Below are positions 44,154-54,446 of a stretch of 64,000 nt of DNA, piece by piece; the first letter of the stretch is position 1; each line of letters starts with the position of its first letter. The notes under the pieces are model-generated. The model ran no database searches, was not told the DNA's origin, and saw only the letters and a list, made by a program, of their open reading frames with translations. A program made the translations under genes and the position numbers. Location of the stretch: NCBI GenBank assembly GCA_964562445.1, contig CAZLSZ010000001.1, positions 10,755 to 74,754 of the forward strand. The letters run 5' to 3'. This DNA comes from an uncultured Gammaproteobacteria bacterium. GTDB lineage: Bacteria; Patescibacteriota; Microgenomatia; Levybacterales; UBA12049.

Positions 44154-45260
44154 ATGGCCAGATCATCAAGTAATTCTCAAAAATCAGCACCGGTAGAACA
44201 ACAAAGCGATACTTCAAAAAAGTTAGAATCTATTAAAATGGCCATGGATCAGATCGAAAAGCAGTACGGTCGCGGCTCCATCATGCGTTTCGGTGAATCC
44301 TCACAAAAGTTTGATATATCAGTGATTTCAACCGGATGCCTTCCCTTAGATTTAGCACTTGGTGCAGGTGGACTTCCTCGGGGAAGAATTGTCGAAATTT
44401 ATGGTCCTGAAGCGTCAGGTAAAACAACTGTCTGTCTCTCAACCATCGCTCAGGCGCAAAAACATGGCGGGATTGCCGCATTTATTGATGCGGAGCATGC
44501 TCTTGATCCGCTTCGCGCTCAGCAGCTTGGCGTAAAACTTGATGAATTACTTATTTCACAGCCGGATACCGGTGAACAGGCACTAGAGATTACCGAGAGT
44601 TTGGTGCGATCAGGTGGAATTGATGTCTTGGTCGTGGATTCCGTAGCAGCATTGGTGCCGCGAGCAGAAATCGAAGGAGAAATGGGGGATTCTGTGATGG
44701 GACTTCAGGCGAGGCTTATGTCACAGGCTCTTCGCAAGTTGACCGCTGTCATTTCTAAATCCCGTACTATCGTAATATTTACCAATCAGCTTCGTCAGAA
44801 AATCGGCGTGATGTTCGGTAATCCTGAAACGACCACAGGAGGAATGGCATTGAAATTCTATGCGTCTGTGCGAATGGATATCCGTAAGATAGAAACACTA
44901 AAAGATGGGGATAAAGTAGTAGGATCACGACATCGTGTAAAAGTCGTGAAGAATAAAATTGCTGCTCCGTTCCGGATGGCGGAGTTTGATATCACTAATG
45001 AGGGGATATCACGTGAGGGGGGTATTGTCGATGTAGGTGTGGAGATGGGGATTATTAGCAAATCCGGTGCTTTCTACAGATACAATGATGAGATGCTTGG
45101 ACAGGGAAAAGCTGCTACTATTGAACGTATTAAAGAAAATCCTGAGATGCAAAAAGAAATTGTCACCAAAATTATGGCGCAAAATAAAGACGGGCGTGCT
45201 CCTCTCGTCGTCGGCGCTGATGATGAAAATGAAGAAGATGAATTTCTTCAGTCAGAATAA
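44154..45260 (+). CDS. recA: recombinase RecA (with ~25-aa N-terminal extension and acidic C-tail)
   Basis: [32 protein letters not shown] (Walker A), [11 protein letters not shown]1/L2 loops, tail DDENEEDEF. Confidence 0.95.
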   Translation: MARSSSNSQKSAPVEQQSDTSKKLESIKMAMDQIEKQYGRGSIMRFGESSQKFDISVISTGCLPLDLALGAGGLPRGRIVEIYGPEASGKTTVCLSTIAQAQKHGGIAAFIDAEHALDPLRAQQLGVKLDELLISQPDTGEQALEITESLVRSGGIDVLVVDSVAALVPRAEIEGEMGDSVMGLQARLMSQALRKLTAVISKSRTIVIFTNQLRQKIGVMFGNPETTTGGMALKFYASVRMDIRKIETLKDGDKVVGSRHRVKVVKNKIAAPFRMAEFDITNEGISREGGIVDVGVEMGIISKSGAFYRYNDEMLGQGKAATIERIKENPEMQKEIVTKIMAQNKDGRAPLVVGADDENEEDEFLQSE

Positions 45261-45337
45261 TACTTCATATATTAGTTATTCGTTTCTATTTCATGTTAAA
45301 TATTTTATTGTTTGATATCATTTGATATAATTATGGT

Positions 45338-45811
45338 ATGGACGATAGTAAAAATTATCAACGCTATTTAGACCTCTGTTATCGGTATTTGACTCTTCGT
45401 AATCGTTCGCAAAAGGAAATATATGATTATCTGCAAAAGAAAAATGCGGAAGAAGATGTCGTAGAAAAGATCATTGCAAAATTGATTGAACAGCATTTTT
45501 TGGATGATGAAAAATTTGCCAGATCATGGGTACTTTCTCGAGCTCGCACCAAACCAAAAGGAAGAACAGTTTTGGTGATGGAATTGCGGCAAAAAGGTAT
45601 AGCGCAGGATATCATTGATAAAGTACTTTCGGAGGAATCTGAGGAGATTCCTGATGAATTGACACAGGCAAAAAATATTATTGCGCGGCATATGGAAAAA
45701 CTTGATGGTTTCCCACGACAGGCTGTTTATCAAAAAGTGGGCGCTTTCCTTATGCGGAGGGGATATAATTGGACAATTGCCAAAAAAGCAATTGATTCCT
45801 ATTTGGACTAG
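45338..45811 (+). CDS. recX: RecA regulator RecX
   Basis: YLDLCYRYLTLRNRSQKEIYDYLQKK...FLDDEKFARSW. TGaTATAAT sits 6 nt upstream of the ATG. Confidence 0.8.
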   Translation: MDDSKNYQRYLDLCYRYLTLRNRSQKEIYDYLQKKNAEEDVVEKIIAKLIEQHFLDDEKFARSWVLSRARTKPKGRTVLVMELRQKGIAQDIIDKVLSEESEEIPDELTQAKNIIARHMEKLDGFPRQAVYQKVGAFLMRRGYNWTIAKKAIDSYLD

Positions 45812-45982
45812 GATCTGGTAAAAGAAGTTGCATCAGAGCTATGTGTACGGTATAATAACGATAGCATTAGAAGTACGATTATCTCAAAAAAGAGAAAAGC
45901 GTTATGGAGAAAATAGAACACACCTTCATATTGTATATATAAATTTTACGCTGCTCAAAACGCTGCTTTTGCTAAAAATAGT

Positions 45983-47257
45983 ATGTCAGATATAACACAA
46001 CAAGACTTAATTACACTTGAGAAAAAACTCATCGAACGTCAGGAAAAATTGGACGCGAAAGCTGATACATTGGAGAGTAAAGAAGAAGAAGTTGCTAAAA
46101 AACGGGAAGATTATCTCAAAAAATTGGAATCAGTTTCCGGTCTTACTCGTGAAGAAGCGAAGACACAGCTTCTTGCAGAGACTGAGCGTGATGCCGCGGG
46201 GATGATGGCAAAAATTATTAAAGATAAAGAAGCGGAAGCAAAGCGTACTGCAGATATAAAAGCCCAAGAAATCCTTGTTGATAGCCTTAACCACGGAGCA
46301 TTAAAATTTGTGCCGGAATATACAGTTTCAGTTGTGAAAGTAGAAGATGAGGAGATGAAAGGAAGAATTATCGGGAAAGAAGGTAGAAATATCCGCGCTT
46401 TTGAACAGGCAACAGGTGTTGACGTCGATTTGGATGAAGAAGGTGCTATCAAACTTTCCTGCTTTGATCAGATTCGTCGTGAAGTTGCCCGCAGAGCTCT
46501 TGAAAAATTACTCAAAGATACCCGTGTGCAGCCATTTCGAATTGAGGAGATAGTAAAACAAACTCGTGAAGAGCTGGAAAAAATAATGTATCAGGAAGGA
46601 GAAAAGCTTGCAAATGAAGTAAGTATTTTCAGTCTTCCTGATGATTTATATCCTATTTTGGGAAGAATGAAATTTAGAACTTCCTACGGCCAGAATTTAC
46701 TGGTACATACATTGGAAGGGACAAAGATAGGTGTGCATATTGCTCAAGAACTCGGTGCAAATGTTGATGTGGTTCGTCTGGGCTATCTTTTCCATGATGT
46801 CGGTAAGGTACTTGAAGGAGACGGCAGTCATGTCAAGCTCGGCGTGGAATTACTTCGAAAATATAATTTCCCCGAAAAAGTAATTGATGTCGTCGCGGAA
46901 CATCATGAAGACAAGCCGTTTTCGAGTGTTGAATCAGTCATCGTGCATGCGGCTGACGCGTCATCAGCTTCCCGTCCGGGCGCTCGGTATGAAGATATTG
47001 AGAAGTATGGCAAAAGGCTTACGGAAATGGAACAAATCGCGAAGAAATATGAAGGCGTCGAAGACGCATACGCATTTGAAGCAGGAAGAGAATTACGTGT
47101 TATCATCAACCCCGGCAAACTGGATGACTCACAGACAGTACTCCTATCACGAAAAATTCAGGAGGAAGTCAGCAGATCACTTGCAGTTCCGGGTGAAGTG
47201 AAAGTGACAGCAATTCGTGAGTTCCGATCTGTTTATCCCGAGACGACCGTTTCATAA
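45983..47257 (+). CDS. rny: ribonuclease Y (KH + HD domains; no N-terminal TM helix in this ORF)
   Basis: KH: GRIIGKEGRNIRAFEQATGVDV. HD: LLVHTLEGTKIGVHIA...GYLFHDVGK...AEHHED...IVHAADASSASRPGAR. In the recA-rny arrangement. Confidence 0.88.
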   Translation: MSDITQQDLITLEKKLIERQEKLDAKADTLESKEEEVAKKREDYLKKLESVSGLTREEAKTQLLAETERDAAGMMAKIIKDKEAEAKRTADIKAQEILVDSLNHGALKFVPEYTVSVVKVEDEEMKGRIIGKEGRNIRAFEQATGVDVDLDEEGAIKLSCFDQIRREVARRALEKLLKDTRVQPFRIEEIVKQTREELEKIMYQEGEKLANEVSIFSLPDDLYPILGRMKFRTSYGQNLLVHTLEGTKIGVHIAQELGANVDVVRLGYLFHDVGKVLEGDGSHVKLGVELLRKYNFPEKVIDVVAEHHEDKPFSSVESVIVHAADASSASRPGARYEDIEKYGKRLTEMEQIAKKYEGVEDAYAFEAGRELRVIINPGKLDDSQTVLLSRKIQEEVSRSLAVPGEVKVTAIREFRSVYPETTVS

Positions 47258-47357
47258 TCCTCTTTCAAGGACTTGACAGAATACCCATTTTCCTTGTATT
47301 GTTAATCTAATCGTATGATTCATGAATTGTGTAATGCTACGAAGGGGGTGATTTTTC

Positions 47358-47630
47358 TTGACTAAAAAAGATCTTATTGAAGTTGTTGCAAAAAAAGCTA
47401 ATCTTACCAATAAAGCAGCACGTGATTCTGTCCAAACAACACTAAATACTATCCGTGATTCATTAAAACGTGGAGAAAAAGTTGTCTTAACAGGATTCGG
47501 CACATTTAGTGTGAGAAGTAGACAGCAGCGTGTAGGAAGAAATCCCAAAACAGGCGCAGCTATAACACTTTCAGCCAGAAAAGCGCCCGGATTTACCGCA
47601 GGCAAAACATTAAAGAAAGCAATCCGTTAA
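47358..47630 (+). CDS. hup: DNA-binding protein HU (TTG start)
   Basis: TKKDLIEVVAKKANLTNKAARDSV...GFGTFSVRSRQQRVGRNPKTGAAI. Strong SD aagggggtga before the TTG. Confidence 0.9.
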   Translation: MTKKDLIEVVAKKANLTNKAARDSVQTTLNTIRDSLKRGEKVVLTGFGTFSVRSRQQRVGRNPKTGAAITLSARKAPGFTAGKTLKKAIR

Positions 47631-47698
47631 TTAGCAGGATATGCTGAGAATAGAGCTCTTCTATTAATGTATAATTCGTGCTAATATACGAGTTATAT

Positions 47699-48685
47699 AT
47701 GGCTGCACTTTCAGTACAACATTTATCAAAATTTTATAGAATCCACCAAAAGGAGGCCGGATTTTTCGGTTCCCTAAAGGCTCTTTTTAAGAGGAAATAT
47801 TATAATTCCAAGGCTGTTGATGATATTTCTTTTTCTATCGAAAAAGGGGAGTTGGTAGGCTTTATCGGTCCGAACGGAGCAGGGAAGACTACTACATTAA
47901 AATGTCTCACCGGGTTATTGTATCCTACCTCAGGCGATATAAAGGTATTGGGATATACACCATTTGAACGGAATCATGCGTATCTACGGAAGATGTCGCT
48001 GGTTATGGGGCAAAAAAATCAGCTATGGTGGGATCTTCCTCCTCTTGATTCATTTCTTCTTAATAAAGCAATATACGGTGTGCCGGAAGCGGAGTATAAA
48101 AAGACAGTGAGAGAACTGTCGGAATTATTGGAGGTTGAGGATGTTTTGACTGTCCAAGTCCGTAAGCTGTCATTGGGGCAGCGTATGAAATGCGAACTTA
48201 TCGCCTCTCTCATTCATAAACCGCAAATATTATTTTTGGATGAGCCTACTATCGGGATGGATGTTGTGATGCAGCAGCGGCTTCGGGATTTTATCAAAGA
48301 ATATAATCAGAAATATGGCGCGACAGTTATCCTGACAAGTCATTATATGAAAGATGTCGAGCAGCTATGTGAAAGGGTAATCGTTATTGATCACGGAAAA
48401 ATATTGTATGATGGTAGTCTCCAAAATATTGTCAAAAAGTATACGACAGAAAAGAAGATAACGGTAGTAGTAACGGATACGGTTATGAAAAAGGATCTTG
48501 CTGCATTGGGAAGAATAGAAAAAATGGACGGAAATCAGATAGTACTTGCCGTAAAACGTGAACACGCAAATAAAACGGCGGCTCGGCTGCTGCATGATTT
48601 CCCGGTTGAAGATATCAATATTGAAGAAGCAAATATAGAAGAGATAATTCGTGATGTGTTTATGAATGAAAAGAATAATAAATAA
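47699..48685 (+). CDS. ABC transporter ATP-binding protein
   Basis: Start at ATG 47699. GPNGAGKTTTLK (Walker A), LSLGQRMK (signature), ILFLDEPT (Walker B). Confidence 0.9.
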   Translation: MAALSVQHLSKFYRIHQKEAGFFGSLKALFKRKYYNSKAVDDISFSIEKGELVGFIGPNGAGKTTTLKCLTGLLYPTSGDIKVLGYTPFERNHAYLRKMSLVMGQKNQLWWDLPPLDSFLLNKAIYGVPEAEYKKTVRELSELLEVEDVLTVQVRKLSLGQRMKCELIASLIHKPQILFLDEPTIGMDVVMQQRLRDFIKEYNQKYGATVILTSHYMKDVEQLCERVIVIDHGKILYDGSLQNIVKKYTTEKKITVVVTDTVMKKDLAALGRIEKMDGNQIVLAVKREHANKTAARLLHDFPVEDINIEEANIEEIIRDVFMNEKNNK

Positions 48686-48690
48686 TAGCA

Positions 48691-49485
48691 ATGAAATACA
48701 TTCATATATTTCTTCTCAGCTTGCAGGATACAATGACCAGTTGGACAAGATCGCTTGTTTGGCTGCTTATTCCACTTATTAATGGCGGATTTTTTATGCT
48801 ATTTTGGTTCGCTGCATACAGGCATAATAACGCGGTGCTACCGGAATGGGATGTGCATAGTATAATGACATATTACCTGCTGCTTATTATTTTTCAGGCA
48901 TTATTAAATTCTCATATCGAAGAAAAGGTTGAGTCTGATATCAGGCACGGTAATCTCGTACAGTATCTCATCAAACCCTTCCCTTATTATGCGATGATGT
49001 ATTTGCTGGAATTACCTTATCGTATCATTCAGGGAGGATTCGGATTTCTCTTTTATATTGTAGCGGCATTCTTGTATCCTCCTATCAGGCTTCCTTTATT
49101 ATCTGCGGAAAAGATGATTATGGCATTTATTATCGTTATCTTTGCGTCTTTTCTTTTTCAAACATATAAAATGGTTACAGCGCTTATTTCGTTTTGGACG
49201 AAAGACAATAAGGGGCTTCAGGATACCTCTGTGGTTGCGATTCTTTTCTTTTCGGGGACAAATCTTCCGTTGGCATTTATGCCCGCTTGGCTGCAAAATA
49301 TTGCAAATCATCTGCCTTTTGCGTATTTCATTTATTATCCGATTATTAGCTTTCAAGGGAAGCTTTCAACCCATGAATTATGGAATGTGATCATTATCCA
49401 AATAGGATGGTTGGTATTTTTTGTATTGATTTATAAAATATTATTATATAACGGCTTGAAAAAGTTTACCGCAGTTGGACAATGA
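48691..49485 (+). CDS. ABC-2 family transporter permease
   Basis: Six TM helices. Follows the ATPase. Confidence 0.75.
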   Translation: MKYIHIFLLSLQDTMTSWTRSLVWLLIPLINGGFFMLFWFAAYRHNNAVLPEWDVHSIMTYYLLLIIFQALLNSHIEEKVESDIRHGNLVQYLIKPFPYYAMMYLLELPYRIIQGGFGFLFYIVAAFLYPPIRLPLLSAEKMIMAFIIVIFASFLFQTYKMVTALISFWTKDNKGLQDTSVVAILFFSGTNLPLAFMPAWLQNIANHLPFAYFIYYPIISFQGKLSTHELWNVIIIQIGWLVFFVLIYKILLYNGLKKFTAVGQ

Positions 49486-50270
49486 AAAAATATCTTACAA
49501 TATATAAGCAAATAAATACGATTAATATGGCGCAGTTTTTGGCGTATAGAGTGAATTTTTTTAATGAACTAATCGCGACAAGCGTCTGGACAGCTCTTAT
49601 TATTGCGACGATGTTGCTTCTTACCGATAAAGCGACGATGGTGGCGGGGTGGACACAGGGAGAGATGCTATTACTTTCCGCGACGATAATTATTATTTTG
49701 GGGATATTCGAAATTCATTTTAAACGGAGTTTTTTCCTGCTATCGGATACTATTTTTTATGGAAGATTAGATGGTTTGCTCGTTAAGCCTGTGGACAGTC
49801 AGTTTATGGTAAGTTTTTCGAGCTATAAAATAATGGGGATATGGAGAATGATGATCGGTATTATTTTTCTCATAGTGGTGCTTCATAAATTTCATATTGT
49901 ATACACAGGCTTTCAGTTATTACAATACATTATATTGGTAATTGTAGGTAATGTTATCTATTATTCATTATGGTTTATGATGGCTACACTACTTATTTGG
50001 AATCCGAGATTATCCAACATTTTAGATGTTATGAATTCCATGAATCATGCGAGTAGATTCCCTCCGGAGATGTTTAAGGAATTTAATATATTTCTTTTCT
50101 TATTTCTTTTTCCGTATATGATTTTAGTTTCGACTCCGGTGAAGATGCTTTTGCATAAAGCTACTATAGAAGATATCAGTGTATTGATTATAACTGCTTG
50201 CGGAATGTTTTGTTTTACCCGTTGGTTATGGAACTATTCTCTCCGTTATTACACGAGCGCGAGTGGTTGA
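49482..50270 (+). CDS. ABC-2 family transporter permease (second subunit)
   Basis: Six TM helices. Overlaps the previous gene by 4 nt. Confidence 0.75.
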   Translation: MKKYLTIYKQINTINMAQFLAYRVNFFNELIATSVWTALIIATMLLLTDKATMVAGWTQGEMLLLSATIIIILGIFEIHFKRSFFLLSDTIFYGRLDGLLVKPVDSQFMVSFSSYKIMGIWRMMIGIIFLIVVLHKFHIVYTGFQLLQYIILVIVGNVIYYSLWFMMATLLIWNPRLSNILDVMNSMNHASRFPPEMFKEFNIFLFLFLFPYMILVSTPVKMLLHKATIEDISVLIITACGMFCFTRWLWNYSLRYYTSASG

Positions 50271-50274
50271 TATA

Positions 50275-50610
50275 AAACGTTCTGGGAAGCGAGTAAGCCA
50301 GATTCTGTTCTCATCGCAATTTATCTATGCCCTCTCTTTGTTACTCCCTTGTGCAGGTAAATAGTATAACGTTCGGAGGTTGCAGGAGGTAGGATTGCCC
50401 GTTTCACACTCACTCGTCTCTGTTGCTCTCAGATTCTGTTGATTCAGAATCTGTTCTGAACTCCGTTATGTGAGTAAAAGAGATCAGACACTAGCGCTTC
50501 ACTCATTTCTGAGATATACGTCAGATGTTGCCACCCATCCCATGCACATACCCTGTCTGGACTTTCCTCCCGCCGGCTGGCGAGTAGCGATTCTCCTTCC
50601 CAGGACGTTT
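50275..50610 (-). ncRNA. rnpB: RNase P RNA (bacterial type, ~335 nt)
   Basis: Minus strand reads GGGAGGAAAGUCCAGACAGGGUAUGUGCAUGGG (P4 5' strand / CR-I) near 50570. The 3' end reads ACAGAAUCUGGCUUACUCGCUUCCCAGAAC (P4 3' strand / CR-V). AGUCCAGA:UCUGGCUU covaries against E. coli AGUCCGGG:CCCGGCUU. P1 strands GUCCUGGGAAG (50606-50596) / CUUCCCAGAAC (50289-50279) pair. The region is higher-GC and ORF-poor. Confidence 0.8.
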
Positions 50611-50650
50611 GGTTGGTATTGTAGTGAAATTATCCAAGAAATGCAACCTG

Positions 50651-51451
50651 TCAGTCAGGAATGGCATATTTGGGGTCGGCGACTTTATATACGCGTATAG
50701 CCCAGCAAGCGATTGCACGACCTCCTCTGCCGTCATGCGCCATAACTTGCAGTTGATAGAATCCTTCTTTGAGACCAAGATCTTTTACATTCCATATAAG
50801 TTGTAGACTTCTTCCTTTATCTTGATAAAAAATCTTTGGGGGGACAGGTTCTGCTCCATAACTTACTTTTATACCTTTGTATTGATCTCCTCCGTCTTCC
50901 TGATCACTATTATTATATGATCCTCGTATAAAAGTGGGGAAAAAGGGACGACCGCCTTTATCAACAGTGTTAGGGAATATATAGAGAGCAGGCTCCCAGA
51001 TATATCCATCAGGAGCTGTTGCGCTTCGATCTCCCATTGTTTTTATTTGTCCTGAACTTCTGTTAATTTTTTCTTCTGGCGCGACTCGGAAAGGAGCAGG
51101 ACCATTGAGCCATACTTTAATTTGCCCATCAGATCTGACCGCTGCTCCGTGCTCCGGCGAATACGCGATGATAAGTTCAGGATTCGTATTTGCGCCGCCT
51201 TTTCTGCAAAGAGATTCCGCAGGCGGAGTAATTGTAGCTCCGCCAAACATATAGAGTTGGAGTGTGCTTTCTTTTTTGCCTGCAACTTTGTCATTGATAA
51301 CGACTTCTTTCCCTAATGGGATAGGGGCTTGAGAAGGCGCAGGACCTGTGGCAAGAAACGCAAATCCGATGAGGATTGCCATGATAAGCATGATATAAAG
51401 CGCTCCTGTATTGATTCTTCCTATTGGATTAGGTGATGTATATTTCTGCAT
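50651..51451 (-). CDS. hypothetical exported protein (266 aa)
   Basis: N-terminal TM/signal ALYIMLIMAILIGFAFLATGPAPSQA. No motif. Confidence 0.55.
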   Translation of the reverse strand: MQKYTSPNPIGRINTGALYIMLIMAILIGFAFLATGPAPSQAPIPLGKEVVINDKVAGKKESTLQLYMFGGATITPPAESLCRKGGANTNPELIIAYSPEHGAAVRSDGQIKVWLNGPAPFRVAPEEKINRSSGQIKTMGDRSATAPDGYIWEPALYIFPNTVDKGGRPFFPTFIRGSYNNSDQEDGGDQYKGIKVSYGAEPVPPKIFYQDKGRSLQLIWNVKDLGLKEGFYQLQVMAHDGRGGRAIACWAIRVYKVADPKYAIPD

Positions 51452-51503
51452 AGATCTCGCCTATCTCTATAGTGGCGTACTTGGTATTTTTTTTCAAGTG
51501 TTT

Positions 51504-54416
51504 TTACTTATGTGAACTGTTGCAAAGCATACTATATTCGCATGTTTTGCAGATGATTGATCCGCTGCATGTGAAGCTGCTTTTTGAGATTTCATCTACT
51601 TTTTGAACGATATATTCCTTTGCTTCCTCCAATTGTTCAGGTGTTCTGGTAGTTGAAACTTTTTTATTTTCTTCCAGGTAATATAATGTGAGAAGCACAT
51701 CCTCAGGTTTTTTATGAAGTAACGCATCATTTACCTCAGTTGCGGCGATACCGTAAAGAGACAACTGTAAATCGTCTTTTGCTTTTTTTTCAGTGAGTAC
51801 ATTTTTTCCAGTTTTATAATCAATAATTTCTATTTTTCCATTGGGAAGCCGGTCAATGCGATCAATTCTTCCGCTTATTTTTAATTTACCGATCATAAAA
51901 GAAAACGGCATTTCAACAGTCGCGACAGGCGGGATATTCTTTATATTCTCTTGCGCAAGTTTTGTTACCATCCGAAGTGCCTGTGTATATGTTTGTTCTT
52001 CATGTTGCTTGCTGGTATATCCGGCCGATACCCAATTTGTTTTCAGATAATTCTCCATGTCTTCGCGGCTGGCTGTGCTATTTTGTTTAAGATCTTGGAA
52101 GAAGTCTCTCAATGCTCCGTGTACACTTACTCCATAGCTGAGAGCAGGAGAGGGTTGAGACGGCATATTGAGAATATATCGGAGTTTGTAATGCAATGGA
52201 CAGGTAAGATATGTCTGTAATTGTGAGTACGAAATATAGGTAATATCCAGCGGTTCCCGTATCTCTTTTTCAGGAATTTTCTCTTCCACGATATTTGTAT
52301 TGAACACGTCAAGGAGTGAAAGCTGCTGTGCATCAGCTGCTACTGTTTGTTTTTTTATCAGCTGATGCACAGTAGCCTCTCCTAATGTTTCAGTAACAAA
52401 CGGTGACAATTTACGTTCCCGTTTGCCTTCATTATAAAAACGCGCTGCTGTTAGGTAGAGTTTTTCTTTTGCACGAGTGATCGCGACATAGAAAAGTCGT
52501 CTCTCTTCTTGGATTCCTTCATCTCCTTCCGGAAGCGCTTCACGGATAATATCGGGTGGAAGAGGAATTTGTTCTTTTCTGTCTCTACTTGGAAATCTCT
52601 GCGCGACGAGATTAACCACAAAAACATACGGAAATTCAAGTCCTTTGCTTGAATGCACAGTCAGAATATTGACGGCGTTATTGCGTGTCCAGTCCATCTC
52701 CGCCGCAAGCGGACTTTCCCCAAGTTCCATAGCTAGATCAATCCAGTCAACCACTGCAAAGACAGAAATATCTTTTTTATTGTGGGAATATGTTTGCAGT
52801 TTATTAAAAAATTTCGCGATATTTTGCGCTTCATTTTCTGTTTTGAGAGAACCGGGATCCAAATAATGTCCTAAGAGTCCGCTTTCCTCAAAAAATTGAT
52901 ACAGAATCTGCCCCGCGGATTCATGCGGCACGAGTTCAAGATGCTTTTTCAGCATTGTGATAAGAGATATAATTTTTTCTTTACCTTCTTTTGTCAGCAT
53001 TGTTTCCTCAACCTTTTCCATCGCTTCAAAAAGTGTTATATTACTTTGTTTTGAAAAATTCAGCATCGCTGATATATCACGTGCTTGTAGCGCGAAAATC
53101 GGCATCGTCATTACTCTATAGAGAGAAGATGTGTCTTCAAAGTTTGCCAATACATGTAAGTAGGCGATAAGATCTTTTATCTCTTCCTGTTGGTAGAGAT
53201 GATCCGGTCCGAGAAATTGAAATGGGATATGTAATCGATCCAGTGCTCTTTTAAATGGAATTGCGTGATCATTAGCACGGACAAGAATCGCGAAATCATT
53301 GTATGGACGATGTGTTTTTTTCACTTCTTTTTGTATTTCTTTGGCGACTCGTTCCGCTTCATCTTCTCCTCGCGCTTCATAGATAAATTCTATTTGTTCT
53401 CCTTTCTCTCCACGCATACCGATAAGTTTTTTATCTATTTTTTCTTTAATCTCTAGCCTGTCGGGATTATTTTGTTGGATAAGCGTATATGCCGCGTCCA
53501 AAATATTTTGTGTAGAACGATAATTTTTTGTCAAAGCGATAATTTTGCATCCGGGGAAGTGCGAGCGAAATTGCATCATATTTGCGATTGCTGCTCCTCT
53601 CCACCGATAAATACTTTGATCATCATCTCCCACGACTGTTATATTTTTCCGTTGTCCTGCCAGAAGAATTGCCATTTCGTTTTGGGCGAAATTTGTATCC
53701 TGAAATTCATCTACGAAAACATATTGAAATTGTCGCTGGTATTGTTTGAGTACTGACGGACGTTCCCGAAATAATTTCAGCGTATTGCTGATAAGATCCG
53801 AATAATCCATAACGCCTTCTTTTGCTTTCAGATCAGCGTACATCGTAAATGTCTGCGCGAGCTCCATGATTTTTTGTTTTTCGTCATCTTCAATCGTCTT
53901 ATCTTTCATGATACGATTTGCGTACGCGATGTATTGCTCCGGAGTTATGTCATCATCCCGCAGTCTGCTGAAATGTGTGAGCATTCCTTGGAGAAATTTT
54001 GTAGGATTTCCGAATGGACGAAAATATGATAGGTTGAAATCAAACAAATGTTTTCGCATAAAAAGTAAACATTCTGCTTCAGACATCAGCGTGAACGATC
54101 CGTTGAGACCGATATGAATGGCGTTTTGTCGCAAGACTCTGTCACAAAATGCATGGAATGTTTCTATCCAAAGTGTTGCGTACCCATACGGAAGGATTTC
54201 GTCAATTCTGCTTTCCATCTCCTGTGCTGCTTTATCAGTAAAGGTGAGCGCAAGGATATTTGACGGAGGAATATTTTTTTCAAGGATAAGGTGTTCTATA
54301 CGTTTGGTAACGACAGTTGTTTTCCCTGTCCCCGCGCCGGCAATAATGAGTAATGGATCGGTACCATGTGTCACTGCTGCTTGTTGTTCTTTATTGAGTG
54401 AGGATATATCGGGCAT
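51504..54416 (-). CDS. UvrD/PcrA-family SF1 helicase fused to C-terminal Cas4/RecB-type Fe-S PD-(D/E)XK nuclease (AddA/AdnB-like helicase-nuclease)
   Basis: Helicase motifs: IIAGAGTGKTT (I), VFVDEFQDTN (II), TKNYRSTQNIL (IV), VHSSKGLEFPYVFV (V), LFYVAITRAKEKLYL (VI). Nuclease: CPLHYKL, EIIDYKTGK, LQLSLYG, CSGSIICKTCEYSMLC. Confidence 0.85.
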   Translation of the reverse strand: MPDISSLNKEQQAAVTHGTDPLLIIAGAGTGKTTVVTKRIEHLILEKNIPPSNILALTFTDKAAQEMESRIDEILPYGYATLWIETFHAFCDRVLRQNAIHIGLNGSFTLMSEAECLLFMRKHLFDFNLSYFRPFGNPTKFLQGMLTHFSRLRDDDITPEQYIAYANRIMKDKTIEDDEKQKIMELAQTFTMYADLKAKEGVMDYSDLISNTLKLFRERPSVLKQYQRQFQYVFVDEFQDTNFAQNEMAILLAGQRKNITVVGDDDQSIYRWRGAAIANMMQFRSHFPGCKIIALTKNYRSTQNILDAAYTLIQQNNPDRLEIKEKIDKKLIGMRGEKGEQIEFIYEARGEDEAERVAKEIQKEVKKTHRPYNDFAILVRANDHAIPFKRALDRLHIPFQFLGPDHLYQQEEIKDLIAYLHVLANFEDTSSLYRVMTMPIFALQARDISAMLNFSKQSNITLFEAMEKVEETMLTKEGKEKIISLITMLKKHLELVPHESAGQILYQFFEESGLLGHYLDPGSLKTENEAQNIAKFFNKLQTYSHNKKDISVFAVVDWIDLAMELGESPLAAEMDWTRNNAVNILTVHSSKGLEFPYVFVVNLVAQRFPSRDRKEQIPLPPDIIREALPEGDEGIQEERRLFYVAITRAKEKLYLTAARFYNEGKRERKLSPFVTETLGEATVHQLIKKQTVAADAQQLSLLDVFNTNIVEEKIPEKEIREPLDITYISYSQLQTYLTCPLHYKLRYILNMPSQPSPALSYGVSVHGALRDFFQDLKQNSTASREDMENYLKTNWVSAGYTSKQHEEQTYTQALRMVTKLAQENIKNIPPVATVEMPFSFMIGKLKISGRIDRIDRLPNGKIEIIDYKTGKNVLTEKKAKDDLQLSLYGIAATEVNDALLHKKPEDVLLTLYYLEENKKVSTTRTPEQLEEAKEYIVQKVDEISKSSFTCSGSIICKTCEYSMLCNSSHK

Positions 54417-54446
54417 GGAGAAATTCTAACATAAAAGAAAGAAAAG

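Noticed and set aside
50470-50778. ORFs 50470..50700 (+) and 50521..50778 (-)
   Set aside because: They overlap the RNase P RNA. Their GC-rich composition and lack of coding periodicity are explained by the ncRNA.
54118-54429. Plus-strand ORF 54118..54429 and other antisense ORFs within the UvrD-nuclease gene (51841..52050, 53472..53756, 53866..54117)
   Set aside because: Shadow ORFs opposite a 970-aa gene with complete helicase and nuclease motifs.
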